Assembly: GCA_963764165.1 (NCBI GenBank)
Contig: CAVXRD010000002.1
Location: 2,720,001 to 2,784,000 of the forward strand
Length of the DNA: 64,000 nucleotides
Direction: 5' to 3'
Source of the DNA: an uncultured Verrucomicrobiae bacterium
GTDB taxonomy: Bacteria > Verrucomicrobiota > Verrucomicrobiia > Limisphaerales > Palsa-1400
Position 1 is the first letter of the stretch, and every line of letters starts with the position of its first letter. The position numbers and the translations under genes are program-made. The notes beneath the pieces were generated by a model that had not been told where the DNA came from, ran no database searches, and saw only the letters and a program-made list of their open reading frames with translations. Positions 39,299 through 48,867 of the stretch are shown in pieces.

Positions 39299-40092
39299 GC
39301 GCGCGGATTCTGATTTGCATTCTCCTCCTGGCGCGGAGCGTCTCCGCGCAACTGCTGACGGACGATGCGCTCCGCGAAATTGCCTTTGATGAAAAGCCGG
39401 GCGCGTCGATTTCATTGAATCTTCCCTTTCGCGACGAAAATGGGAATCGCGTGCGGCTTGGCCACTACTTCGACGGCAAGCCCGTGATTCTCGTTCTCGG
39501 ATATTACGAGTGCCCGATGCTCTGCAGCCTCGTCGCCAACGGCATGGTGAGCGCATTGCAGGACATCAAACCGCAGATGGGCCGCGATTATGTGGTAGTC
39601 AACGTGAGCATCGACCCGCGCGAAGGCTCGGCGCTCGCAGCTGCCAAGAAGAAATCTTACGTGACGCGTTTCGGCCAATCCGGCGCGGCCAATGGCTGGC
39701 ATTTTCTCACCGGTGACGAGCCCGCCATCCGCCAACTCGCCAGCGACGTGGGCTTTCAATACATTTACGATTCCACTTCCCGTCAATATGCGCATCCGAG
39801 CGGATTGGTCGTCCTGTCGCCGAACGGAAAAATTTCGCACTACCTTTCAGGCGTCGCGTATTCGCCCGCGGATGTCACGAAGGCCATTGAGGATGCTTCC
39901 GCCGCGAAAGTCGGCTCGCCGGTGGAGCAAATTTTTCTGCTTTGTTTCCGTTACAGCCCCGTCACCGGAAAATACAGCGCCATTATTTTGACAGTCGTGC
40001 GCGTAATCTCGCTTATGATTTTAGCGGGTTTGGTGGCGTTGATTGTCGGGGCCTGGCGTCGCGGACGCACGCCGCGATTGGAGAAAGGCTGA
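39295..40092 (+). CDS. SCO1/SenC family protein
   Basis: YYECPMLC, VSIDP, WHFLTG, YAHPS. Confidence 0.9.
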   Translation: MSARILICILLLARSVSAQLLTDDALREIAFDEKPGASISLNLPFRDENGNRVRLGHYFDGKPVILVLGYYECPMLCSLVANGMVSALQDIKPQMGRDYVVVNVSIDPREGSALAAAKKKSYVTRFGQSGAANGWHFLTGDEPAIRQLASDVGFQYIYDSTSRQYAHPSGLVVLSPNGKISHYLSGVAYSPADVTKAIEDASAAKVGSPVEQIFLLCFRYSPVTGKYSAIILTVVRVISLMILAGLVALIVGAWRRGRTPRLEKG

Positions 40093-40094
40093 CC

Positions 40095-41042
40095 ATGCAC
40101 GGACTCCTTTTTCCCAACGCGGCAGCGGAGATGACTGGAAAAGTCGATTGGCTTTTCTCCGGTTTGGTTCTGATCAGCCTGCTTTACCTCGCGATTATTT
40201 TTGTCCCGATGATTTTTTTCATCTTCAAGTATCGCCGCGGGAAAAAAGCGGATCGTACACCGATTAAAATCAAAACCTGGAAAGTCGAAATCGTTTGGAC
40301 GGTGGTTCCTTTTCTTATGATGCTCGGGTTGTTCGCGTGGGGCGCGGATCTTTATTACCAGGTGGAACGGCCGCCGGCGGGGGCGCTAGAGGCCTTTGTC
40401 GTTGGGAAACAATGGATGTGGAAAATCCAACACATGGAGGGGAGGCGGGAAATCAATCAATTGCATATTCCCGTTGGACAGGCTGTCAAATTAACGATGA
40501 CTTCGGAGGATGTCATTCACAGCTTTTTCATTCCGGCCTTTCGCGTCAAACAGGATGTGGTACCTGGACGTTATGTCACGGAGTGGTTCCGAGCCATCAA
40601 ACCGGGAACGTATCATCTCTTCTGCGCCGAGTATTGCGGCACCGATCATTCGACGATGGGTGGAGATATCGTCGTGATGAAGCCGGAAGACTATGCAACG
40701 TGGCTTTCCTCCGGCGGCAATGACAATCTCGCGCGAGAAGGTGAGAAACTTTTTCGCGATCTGGGATGCAGCGGCTGCCATATGGGTAACTCGGTGGTTC
40801 GCGCGCCGCGATTAGAAGGCATTTACGGAAGCCCCGTTCCACTGTCCGATGGCACGGTCGTGACGGCTGACGATCAATACATCCGCGATTCGATTTTGCT
40901 TCCGGCTTCGCAAATCGTCGCCGGTTACAGCAATGCGATGCCGACATTTCAGGGCCGCGTTTCGGAAGAGCAAGTGGTGCAGCTTCTCGCTTACATTCGT
41001 GGGCTTTCGGGCGTGAAACCGACGGAGTCGACGAACCCATGA
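40095..41042 (+). CDS. coxB: Cytochrome c oxidase subunit II with fused cytochrome c (caa3 type)
   Basis: DVIHSF, CAEYCGTDHSTM (CuA site), CSGCH. Confidence 0.95.
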   Translation: MHGLLFPNAAAEMTGKVDWLFSGLVLISLLYLAIIFVPMIFFIFKYRRGKKADRTPIKIKTWKVEIVWTVVPFLMMLGLFAWGADLYYQVERPPAGALEAFVVGKQWMWKIQHMEGRREINQLHIPVGQAVKLTMTSEDVIHSFFIPAFRVKQDVVPGRYVTEWFRAIKPGTYHLFCAEYCGTDHSTMGGDIVVMKPEDYATWLSSGGNDNLAREGEKLFRDLGCSGCHMGNSVVRAPRLEGIYGSPVPLSDGTVVTADDQYIRDSILLPASQIVAGYSNAMPTFQGRVSEEQVVQLLAYIRGLSGVKPTESTNP

Positions 41043-41078
41043 ACAGGGCGCAGAACAACTTTTGTCGACTCTCACTAG

Positions 41079-41189
41079 AGGTAGGGACGCCTCGCCGAGG
41101 CGTCCGGGCCGAGGCGATATTCACGCGCAACCCTCCTACGCTAAAGCTACGGTGGGCAAGCCGGACGCCTCGGCGAGGCGTCCCTACCT
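41079..41189. repeat. GTAG-family REP doublet with a nested second palindromic unit
   Basis: Same arms as 22361; insert cctcctacgctaaagctacggtgggcaag. Confidence 0.88.
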
Positions 41190-41207
41190 AAATTTGGTTT
41201 GCAACAC

Positions 41208-42845
41208 ATGAGCACCGTTTACATCCCAGCTCCAAAATCGGAAACCGAAAAGGAGGACTATCTTTCAGCGGGGCACACGGTGCGCTCGTGGCTGCTGACG
41301 ACCGATCACAAACGCATCGGCCTGCTTTACCTGTTCGCGATCATCGTCTTTTTTGTGGTGGCGGGGGTGGCGGCAGGGTTGATGCGCCTGGAGCTGCTTC
41401 GTCCGCGCGGGATGTTTTTTCTCAACGAGACTTACAACAAGCTTTTCACTCTGCACGGCGTGCTGATGGTTTGGTTTTTTTTAATTCCGTCCATCCCGTC
41501 CGTGCTGGGAAATTTTGTGATTCCAATCATGGTCGGCGCGCGCGACGTCGCGTTTCCGAAATTGAATCTTCTAAGTTGGTACCTGTTCATGACCGGAGGG
41601 GCGTTCGTGCTTTACTCGATCATCGTCGGCGGTGTCGATACGGGTTGGACGTTTTACACGCCGTTCAGCAGCACTTACTCCAACACGCATGTCATCATGA
41701 TGGCGGCGGGAATTTTCATCGCGGGCTTCAGCTCGATTCTCACCGGCCTCAATTTCATCATTACGATTCACACCATGCGAGCGCCGGGGCTGACGTGGTT
41801 TCGCATGCCGCTGTTCCTGTGGTCGATGTATTCGACGAGTTTAATTCTCATCCTCGCCACGCCTGTGCTGGCGATCACGCTGGCTTTGATGGCGCTGGAG
41901 CGGTTATGGCACATCGGCATTTTCGATCCGAAACTCGGAGGCGATCCGATTTTGTTTCAACACCTCTTTTGGTTTTATTCGCACCCGGCGGTTTACATCA
42001 TGATTCTGCCGGGAATGGGCGTCGTGAGCGAAATCATCAGTTGTTTTTCGCGCAAGGAAATTTTCGGTTACTCGTGGGTGGCGCTGGCGAGCGTGGCCAT
42101 TGCGATTTTGGGTTTTCTCGTCTGGGGCCACCACATGTTTGTCAGCAGCCAATCGATTTATGCGGGAATGGTTTTCTCGGTGTTGAGCTACCTGGTCGCG
42201 GTGCCTTCGGCGATCAAAGTGTTCAATTGGACCGCGACGCTCTATCGCGGCTCGATCAGTTTGGAAACTCCGATGCTCTACGCGCTGGCGTTCATTGGGC
42301 TGTTCACCATCGGCGGGTTGACGGGCTTGTTTCTCGCCGCGCTGGCAGTCGATGTTCACGTGACAGACACTTATTTTGTCGTCGCCCATTTTCATTACAT
42401 TATGGTCGGCGGAATGGTGACGGGATTTATGGGCGGGCTTCATTTTTGGTGGCCAAAAATCACCGGTCGGATTTATCCAGAGAAACCGGCCCAACTGGCG
42501 GCGCTGATTACGTTCATTGGGTTCAACCTGACGTTCTTCCCGCAATTCATCATGGGCTACATGGGAATGCCGCGACGCTACCACAATTACGCGCCAGAGT
42601 TTCAGATTTACCATATTCTTTCCACGGCGGGCGCATCCATCCTCGCGGCGGGTTACATCCTTCCGGTGATCTATTTGATATGGTCGCTGCGGCACGGGAA
42701 AAAAGCCGGGCCGAATCCGTGGCACGCGTGCGGATTGGAATGGCAAACTTCCTCGCCGCCGCCGGTGCATAATTTCAACACGCCTCCAGCGCTTCCGCCC
42801 AAGCCCTACAATTACGATGTGAACGCGGAGGTGGATTATGGATGA
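41208..42845 (+). CDS. coxA: Cytochrome c oxidase subunit I (A2 type)
   Basis: [21 protein letters not shown] (YS motif), WGHH, VAHFHY. Confidence 0.96.
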   Translation: MSTVYIPAPKSETEKEDYLSAGHTVRSWLLTTDHKRIGLLYLFAIIVFFVVAGVAAGLMRLELLRPRGMFFLNETYNKLFTLHGVLMVWFFLIPSIPSVLGNFVIPIMVGARDVAFPKLNLLSWYLFMTGGAFVLYSIIVGGVDTGWTFYTPFSSTYSNTHVIMMAAGIFIAGFSSILTGLNFIITIHTMRAPGLTWFRMPLFLWSMYSTSLILILATPVLAITLALMALERLWHIGIFDPKLGGDPILFQHLFWFYSHPAVYIMILPGMGVVSEIISCFSRKEIFGYSWVALASVAIAILGFLVWGHHMFVSSQSIYAGMVFSVLSYLVAVPSAIKVFNWTATLYRGSISLETPMLYALAFIGLFTIGGLTGLFLAALAVDVHVTDTYFVVAHFHYIMVGGMVTGFMGGLHFWWPKITGRIYPEKPAQLAALITFIGFNLTFFPQFIMGYMGMPRRYHNYAPEFQIYHILSTAGASILAAGYILPVIYLIWSLRHGKKAGPNPWHACGLEWQTSSPPPVHNFNTPPALPPKPYNYDVNAEVDYG

Positions 42846-43479
42846 ATCCCCAGCGTGGCTGCGCGAACAATTCGATTCGGCGGAGCAGCAAGAGGAGGCG
42901 GCGCGCCTCGGAATGTGGGCGTTTCTCGCCACGGAAATCATGTTCTTCGGGGGGCTGTTCGTCGGCTACATCGTGTATCGCCACACTTATCCGCACGCTT
43001 TCGCCGAAGCGAGCCGCCGCACCAACGCCACTTACGGCACGATCAACACCGCCATCCTGCTGACCAGCAGTTTGACGATGGCGCTGGCGGTGCAGGCTTC
43101 CGAACGCGGTGCGAGAAAAGCCATCGTCCGAAATCTCTTGTTGACAATCGCCATGGCGGTTGGATTTCTAGGAGTGAAGGCCATGGAATATACCGAGGAC
43201 GTTCACCAACATCTGGTGCCGGGGCCGTCGTTTATTGCGCGAGGGGACTCGCACCAGGAATTGTTTTTTTACTTCTATTGGGCTATGACCGGGCTGCACG
43301 CGCTGCATGTGCTGATTGGAATTGGGCTACTTTCCGCAATCGCGCTCATGGCCCGGCGCGGAAAATTCAGCAGCCAATATCACACTCCTGTCGAAGTCAG
43401 CGGACTTTATTGGCACTTCGTCGACATCGTTTGGATTTATCTATATCCCCTGCTGTACCTGATAGGGAGGAACCAATGA
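42838..43479 (+). CDS. coxC: Cytochrome c oxidase subunit III
   Basis: [26 protein letters not shown]. Confidence 0.94.
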   Translation: MDESPAWLREQFDSAEQQEEAARLGMWAFLATEIMFFGGLFVGYIVYRHTYPHAFAEASRRTNATYGTINTAILLTSSLTMALAVQASERGARKAIVRNLLLTIAMAVGFLGVKAMEYTEDVHQHLVPGPSFIARGDSHQELFFYFYWAMTGLHALHVLIGIGLLSAIALMARRGKFSSQYHTPVEVSGLYWHFVDIVWIYLYPLLYLIGRNQ

Positions 43480-43862
43480 GCGAACGGACGACCAGCGCAA
43501 AGGCGCTTTGGATGACGTGGGCATCGCTTCTGGCTCTGCTGGCGGCGACTTTCTTTGCCGCCCGCGTTGACTTGGGATTGGGAAACACCATTGTCGCGCT
43601 TCTTATTTCGGGATTGAAGATGGCGCTCGTCATATTGTTTTTCATGCAAGTGCGCTACAGTTCGCGATTGGTCTGGGTGTTCGTTTGCGCGGGCTTTGTT
43701 TGGTGGATGATCTTTATTTCGTTCGCAATGACGGATTATCTGACGCGCCGGCCGGTGGTGCCTTATGATCGGGGAGCGCCGACGCCGGGGAGTCCTTTGC
43801 AGAATGCAACCGAAACGCAGCGCGACGTCTTCGGCCCGGACGCTTCGGCGCAACGGCATTGA
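43476..43862 (+). CDS. Cytochrome c oxidase subunit IV
   Basis: Three TM helices; KMALVILFFMQV, DYLTR. Confidence 0.85.
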   Translation: MSERTTSAKALWMTWASLLALLAATFFAARVDLGLGNTIVALLISGLKMALVILFFMQVRYSSRLVWVFVCAGFVWWMIFISFAMTDYLTRRPVVPYDRGAPTPGSPLQNATETQRDVFGPDASAQRH

Positions 43863-43869
43863 TCATGCT
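43854..43869 (+). promoter_or_regulatory. sigma54-type promoter (ku)
   Basis: CGGCattgatcaTGCT, 17 nt before the ATG. Confidence 0.58.
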
Positions 43870-43886
43870 TAATGACTGCCTGAATT

Positions 43887-44732
43887 ATGCGTCCAATATG
43901 GTCAGGTTCGATTAGTTTTGGGTTGATCAACATTCCGGTGGCTTTGATGGCGGCCGCGCAGCGCGACGAATTGAAATTTCGTCTTCTGCGCGCCGCCGAC
44001 CTCAGCCCCGTCAATTATCAACGGGTGGCGGAAGCCGATGGCAAGGAGGTGCCGTGGGATCAAATCGTCAAAGGCTACGAATACGAAAAAGGAAAATTCG
44101 TCGTTTTAAAGGAAGAGGATTTCAAACGCGTCGACATCGAGGCCACGCAGACCGTGGATATCATGGACTTCGTCAAGCTCTCGGAAATCAATCCGATGTT
44201 TTTCTACAAGCCTTATTACATGAAGCCGGCCAAGGGCGGAGCGAAGGCCTACGCGCTCTTGCGTGAAACGCTGCGCAACGAGGAAAAGGTGGCAATTGCA
44301 AAAGTCGTGATTAAGACAAAGCAATACCTCGCCGCCGTGAAAACTCAGGGCGAAGCGTTGTTGCTGGAACTGATGCATTTCGCGGACGAACTGGTCGAAC
44401 CCGAGACATTGGATTTCCCAAAATTTCCCGCTCTTGCAAAAAACGAAATCGACATGGCGAAAACACTGGTGGCGCAGATGACCGTCGACTGGGAGCCCCA
44501 CAAGTACAAAGACGAATACAAGGAATCCATTATGGCCTTGATAGAGAAAAAGGTCGAAAGCGGCGGACGTGATGTCAAAACGCCCTCCAAGGCCGCCAAG
44601 CATCCCGGAAATGTGGTCGATCTCGCCGACGTGCTGCGGCGCAGCCTGGAGGAAACGGCCTCCAAGCGGAAGAAACCCGCGCACGAAACCGGGGCAAAGC
44701 CTGGCAAGGGCAGCCGTAGAAAAGCTGCCTGA
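43887..44732 (+). CDS. ku: NHEJ DNA end-binding protein Ku
   Basis: MRPIWSGSISFGLINIPV, IVKGYE, basic C-terminal tail. Confidence 0.96.
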   Translation: MRPIWSGSISFGLINIPVALMAAAQRDELKFRLLRAADLSPVNYQRVAEADGKEVPWDQIVKGYEYEKGKFVVLKEEDFKRVDIEATQTVDIMDFVKLSEINPMFFYKPYYMKPAKGGAKAYALLRETLRNEEKVAIAKVVIKTKQYLAAVKTQGEALLLELMHFADELVEPETLDFPKFPALAKNEIDMAKTLVAQMTVDWEPHKYKDEYKESIMALIEKKVESGGRDVKTPSKAAKHPGNVVDLADVLRRSLEETASKRKKPAHETGAKPGKGSRRKAA

Positions 44733-44749
44733 CGGTCTTGGTTGGTTCT

Positions 44750-44765
44750 TGGCACGCTCCCAGCT
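44750..44765 (+). promoter_or_regulatory. sigma54-type promoter (43-aa protein)
   Basis: TGGCacgctcccAGCT, 12 nt before the ATG. Confidence 0.62.
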
Positions 44766-44777
44766 AAACAAAGCGCT

Positions 44778-44909
44778 ATGAATGCAACTATTTTAGGAAC
44801 CGTTCCCATGTTCGCGGCAGCCGGATACGCTCTGGTGTATCTACTGGCTGGTGGCGGTCTGGGCGGGGCAGTCCTCATTTTTATCGTCGCTAAATTGTTG
44901 GGACGATAA
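44778..44909 (+). CDS. 43-aa membrane microprotein (absent from the ORF track)
   Basis: MNATILGTVPMFAAAGYALVYLLAGGGLGGAVLIFIVAKLLGR*; has its own promoter motif. Confidence 0.7.
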   Translation: MNATILGTVPMFAAAGYALVYLLAGGGLGGAVLIFIVAKLLGR

Positions 44910-45037
44910 GCGAATGCGGCGGGCGCTTCGGCAACTGCCCAGGCGCGCCGCAAAGCGCATCGCCTGTGGAAGTCGAACGTGGGATGCCCCGTGCATCCCA
45001 CGTTGATGCGCTCAAAACTTTACCCTCGGACTGCAAC

Positions 45038-45340
45038 ATGAATATGAAATCATTAAGAATGGCCGCGATGGCTGGTCTCGCCGCGTTGCTCGCCGGATGC
45101 GCGGGGGGATATGTGGAGGGGGGTTCTGGCGGGGTGGTGGTCGCCCCGGCGCCATATTTGGATTACGGACCAGATTACGATTTTTACGGAGGTTATTCCG
45201 AACGCGGGCGCGATGTCCGCGCCTACAGTGATCGCGGTTTTCAAAGCCGGGCGGCCGCTCATCCCGGCGCGTTTGCAGCACATGCAACCGGCGGGGGGGG
45301 CAGAATTGCGCATGGAGGCGGCAGCGGCGGTCACCGATAA
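45038..45340 (+). CDS. Small Gly/Tyr-rich lipoprotein
   Basis: LLAGC lipobox; Gly-rich tail. Confidence 0.7.
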   Translation: MNMKSLRMAAMAGLAALLAGCAGGYVEGGSGGVVVAPAPYLDYGPDYDFYGGYSERGRDVRAYSDRGFQSRAAAHPGAFAAHATGGGGRIAHGGGSGGHR

Positions 45341-45353
45341 ATCCTGAGAAACC

Positions 45354-46301
45354 ATGAAACCATCAAATAGAAATCATTTCTGGGCCGCCATTGCGGCCAT
45401 CGGACTATGCCTCGGTGCGGGCGCGGCGTCGGCGGAACAGCGCACTTTTGCCTCGCCAGATGACGCAGTCACCGCCCTTCGCATAGCTACGGCGGCACAT
45501 GACAACAGCGCAATGCGCGACCTTTTCGGCCCGGATTTCGAAAAGTTTGCCACCGGCGATAAAGTCCAGGACTCGAATAACGAAAAACATTTCGCTGAAG
45601 CAGTCGCGCAATACTGCCGGGCAGTTCCAAATGGCAACGGTCTTATTGAAATCGAAGTCGGCACCAACGAGTGGCCGATGCCAATTCCCTTGGTGCAGGC
45701 AAATGGACAATGGCACTTCGACACTGCGGCCGGCCGGGAGGAGATCATCAGCCGGAACATCGGGAAGGATGAAATTCATGCCATTGGGCTTTGCCGCGCC
45801 TACGTGAAAGCCCAGCAGCAGTACGCGACTATCAACGCGGGCCTCAACGGGTGTTATGCCCAGAAGTTCATGAGCGCAGATGGAAGCCGGGACGGGCTTT
45901 TTTGGAAATCCGGGCCGGGAGAGCCCATGAGTCCCTTTTCGCAGATCGTGGCCAATGCGGAATCCAAAGGTTACGCCGGTTCCACAGGCTCGGAATCGAA
46001 GCCCTACCACGGATATTTCTTTCGCATCTTGACGGCGCAGGGAGCCGAAGCGCCAGGCGGCGCAAAAAATTACATGAGCGGCGGATTGCTGACGCAGGGA
46101 TTCGCTCTGGTGGCGTTCCCGGAGAAATGGGATCGCTCCGGAATCATGACATTCATCGTCAACCAGGACGGGATAGTGTACGAGAAGAATTTGGGGGCGC
46201 AGACGACCGAAATCGCCACGCGCATGAAAGAATATAATCCCGGCGGCGGCTGGAAGGCCGTCCAGGAAGAAGGCATCTACTCCGCGCTCTTGCCCAAGTG
46301 A
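45354..46301 (+). CDS. DUF2950 family exported protein
   Basis: [40 protein letters not shown]. Confidence 0.88.
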   Translation: MKPSNRNHFWAAIAAIGLCLGAGAASAEQRTFASPDDAVTALRIATAAHDNSAMRDLFGPDFEKFATGDKVQDSNNEKHFAEAVAQYCRAVPNGNGLIEIEVGTNEWPMPIPLVQANGQWHFDTAAGREEIISRNIGKDEIHAIGLCRAYVKAQQQYATINAGLNGCYAQKFMSADGSRDGLFWKSGPGEPMSPFSQIVANAESKGYAGSTGSESKPYHGYFFRILTAQGAEAPGGAKNYMSGGLLTQGFALVAFPEKWDRSGIMTFIVNQDGIVYEKNLGAQTTEIATRMKEYNPGGGWKAVQEEGIYSALLPK

Positions 46302-47389
46302 GTGAGCGCGCCAAATCCGCTGCGCAGGATTTCCCTCGCACGCAGATTGTATGCACCATCGGCCCGGCCTGCCGGACGCAGAGAAAAATTGAAGCGTTGA
46401 TCAAAGCAGGAATGGACTCGGCGAGGCTGCATTGCTCCTACGCCAATCAGGCGGAGATGGCGGTGGATATCGCGCGCATCAGGAAAGCCGAGGCCGCGAC
46501 CGGCCGCAAAATAAACATTCTTCAGGATCTGACGGGAGCGAAAGTCAGATTGCTCAATCTCGGCAAGAACAAGGTGGAACTCAAAAAGGGAGCCGTCTTC
46601 ACTCTCACAGCGCGCCAGATCAAAGGCAACGCATCCATTGCCGCGGTCAGCATTCCGGAAGTCCTCAGCGTTATCGAACCCGGCGACACCGTCCTCCTAG
46701 CCGACGGAGATTTGCAGTTGACTGCGATGAAGGCATCCCCCAAGGAAGTGCGCTGCAAAGTAAGGGTTGGCGGCAAAATCAAAACGGAGCAGGCAGTCCA
46801 CGTCCCCGGCAAGGCGGCGCCCGTAAAGGTGCCAACTGAAAAGGATTTCGACGACGTTTGCTTCGGCTTGAAGCACAAGGTGGATTGGGTCGCGGAGTCT
46901 TACGCGACTTCCGCCGCAGAGGTGATCCGCCTCCGCGAATTTATACGTGGCGTGGGCGGCACGGCCAAAATCATTGTCAAAATCGAGCGCTGCGAAGCAC
47001 TCGATCATTTGGAGGAAATCATTGGCGCGGCGGACATGGTGATGGTCGCGCGCGGCGATCTCGGCCTCGAGGTCCCCTTGGAGGAAATCGCCATCGTGCA
47101 AAAGAAAATCATTCAATGCGCACGTCGGCTGGGGAAACCCGTCATCACCGCCACGGAAATGCTGCTGTCCATGATGGAGCGCGACCGTCCGACCCGGGCG
47201 GAGGTTTCCGACGTGACGAATGCTATTCTGGACGGAACGGACGCGGTCATGCTGTCAGGCGAATCGTCCATGGGAAAATTTCCCGTCGAGGCCACGCGCA
47301 TGATGGCCCGCATTGCTGCCTTCACTGACAAGTGCAAAGTGCATCCGATTTTTCATGCAAATTGCACGAGTGGAAAGCGCAGGAAGTGA
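46298..47389 (+). CDS. pyk: Pyruvate kinase lacking the C-terminal domain
   Basis: [37 protein letters not shown]; only 363 aa. Confidence 0.88.
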   Translation: MSERAKSAAQDFPRTQIVCTIGPACRTQRKIEALIKAGMDSARLHCSYANQAEMAVDIARIRKAEAATGRKINILQDLTGAKVRLLNLGKNKVELKKGAVFTLTARQIKGNASIAAVSIPEVLSVIEPGDTVLLADGDLQLTAMKASPKEVRCKVRVGGKIKTEQAVHVPGKAAPVKVPTEKDFDDVCFGLKHKVDWVAESYATSAAEVIRLREFIRGVGGTAKIIVKIERCEALDHLEEIIGAADMVMVARGDLGLEVPLEEIAIVQKKIIQCARRLGKPVITATEMLLSMMERDRPTRAEVSDVTNAILDGTDAVMLSGESSMGKFPVEATRMMARIAAFTDKCKVHPIFHANCTSGKRRK

Positions 47390-47589
47390 CGCTGCAGTCA
47401 AGTTGCCATTGCACACCTCTTGGCGAGACCTGCTTTCGAGGCGTTTCTCTACCCATATAGATCAACGAAAAGGAGAGCATTGGCCTTGCTGAATCCCCGT
47501 CCCTGATTTCCCTCCCCTCTGACGCAGCGTAAAACCAGCCATTTGCGTTTTGCCCAGCCATTGCAATCAATTTGACAACGGCCCAAACG

Positions 47590-47605
47590 TGGCATCGATT
47601 CAGCT
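47590..47605 (+). promoter_or_regulatory. sigma54-type promoter (DUF3309 gene)
   Basis: TGGCatcgattcAGCT, 12 nt before the ATG. Confidence 0.62.
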
Positions 47606-47617
47606 TGTGTCGGTTTC

Positions 47618-47776
47618 ATGAGCGTAGGCACTATCTTATTGGTTATTTTGATTCTGTTATTATTAGGCGTCTTTCCGACCTGGCCTCATAGCCGGAATTG
47701 GGGATATGCGCCCAGCGGAACAATCGGCACGGTTTTGATTCTCGTCATCCTGCTGATGTTGCTGAACTATATTTAG
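47618..47776 (+). CDS. DUF3309 family small membrane protein (absent from the ORF track)
   Basis: MSVGTILLVILILLLLGVFPTWPHSRNWGYAPSG... Confidence 0.88.
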   Translation: MSVGTILLVILILLLLGVFPTWPHSRNWGYAPSGTIGTVLILVILLMLLNYI

Positions 47777-47799
47777 GACGCCGTCACCCCCGGGCAAAC

Positions 47800-48864
47800 G
47801 TGAAAGCTTTTCATTGCGACCATTGCGGCAGCCTCGTTTTCTTTGAAAACGTGAAGTGTGTGAACTGCGGGCATGACCTCGGTTTTCTGCCGACGCAAGG
47901 AGACCTCAGCGCGATTGAATCCGCTGGCGATGGGAAATGGCGCGCTCTGTCGATTTCATCCGCCGAACCGCTGTTCAAGCTCTGCGATAACAGCCTGAAA
48001 TACCAGGTCTGCAATTGGATGGTTCCGGCCAGCGACTCGTCGCCCTTCTGTGTGTCCTGCCAGCTTAACAAGATCATTCCCAATTTATCCACAGACGGAA
48101 ACCAAGAGCGCTGGCGAAAATTGGAAGCCGCGAAACGCCGCGTCATTTATACAATCATGCGACTTGGGCTTCCAATGGAAATCAAGGACGGCGAGAACAG
48201 AACGCCGCTCCGATTCAATTTTGTCGGCACTGAGCCGGACGGGACGGCCCCCACCACGGGACATCTAAACGGCCTGATTGTCATCAACATTGTGGAAGCG
48301 GACGACGACCAGCGCGAACGCCGCCGCGTCAGCCTGCACGAGCCGTATCGGACGCTGCTCGGTCATTTCCGCCATGAAATTGCCCACTACTATTGGGATC
48401 GCCTGATTGCAAATAGCGGGTGGCTGGAGGAATTTCGCAAGATGTTCGGGGACGAAAATGCCGATTACTCGGAGGCGCTCAAGCGCCATTACGCGAATGG
48501 GCCGGCCCCAGACTGGCAGACCCGGCACGTCAGCGCCTATGCCAGTTCGCATCCGTGGGAGGATTGGGCGGAGACGTGGGCGCATTATTTCCATATCGTT
48601 GACATGATGGAAACAGCGGATAGCTTTGGCCTGGCGCTCAACCCGCGGCACCCGGCCGCCAAGACGATGATGGCGCGATCTCATAATCCCTTTGATCCCA
48701 GCGTTAGTTTCGACACGGTGCTGGAAAACTGGTTTCCGCTGACGTACGCGCTGAACTCGATTAACCGCGGAATGGGGCTGCTGGATGTGTACCCGTTCGC
48801 TTTGTCACCAAAAGCGGTTGAAAAATTGCGGTTCGTCCATGAAGTTGTCAAAAATAGTCGTTGA
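47800..48864 (+). CDS. Zinc-ribbon plus putative zinc metallopeptidase (DUF2248-like)
   Basis: CDHCG..FFEN..CVNCG, EPYRTLLGHFRHEIAHYYW, HPWEDWAETWAHY. Confidence 0.88.
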   Translation: MKAFHCDHCGSLVFFENVKCVNCGHDLGFLPTQGDLSAIESAGDGKWRALSISSAEPLFKLCDNSLKYQVCNWMVPASDSSPFCVSCQLNKIIPNLSTDGNQERWRKLEAAKRRVIYTIMRLGLPMEIKDGENRTPLRFNFVGTEPDGTAPTTGHLNGLIVINIVEADDDQRERRRVSLHEPYRTLLGHFRHEIAHYYWDRLIANSGWLEEFRKMFGDENADYSEALKRHYANGPAPDWQTRHVSAYASSHPWEDWAETWAHYFHIVDMMETADSFGLALNPRHPAAKTMMARSHNPFDPSVSFDTVLENWFPLTYALNSINRGMGLLDVYPFALSPKAVEKLRFVHEVVKNSR

Positions 48865-48867
48865 ACG

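Noticed and set aside
41288..42772. 494-aa alternative-frame ORF inside coxA
   Set aside because: Off-frame artefact of codon bias; coxA explains the region.
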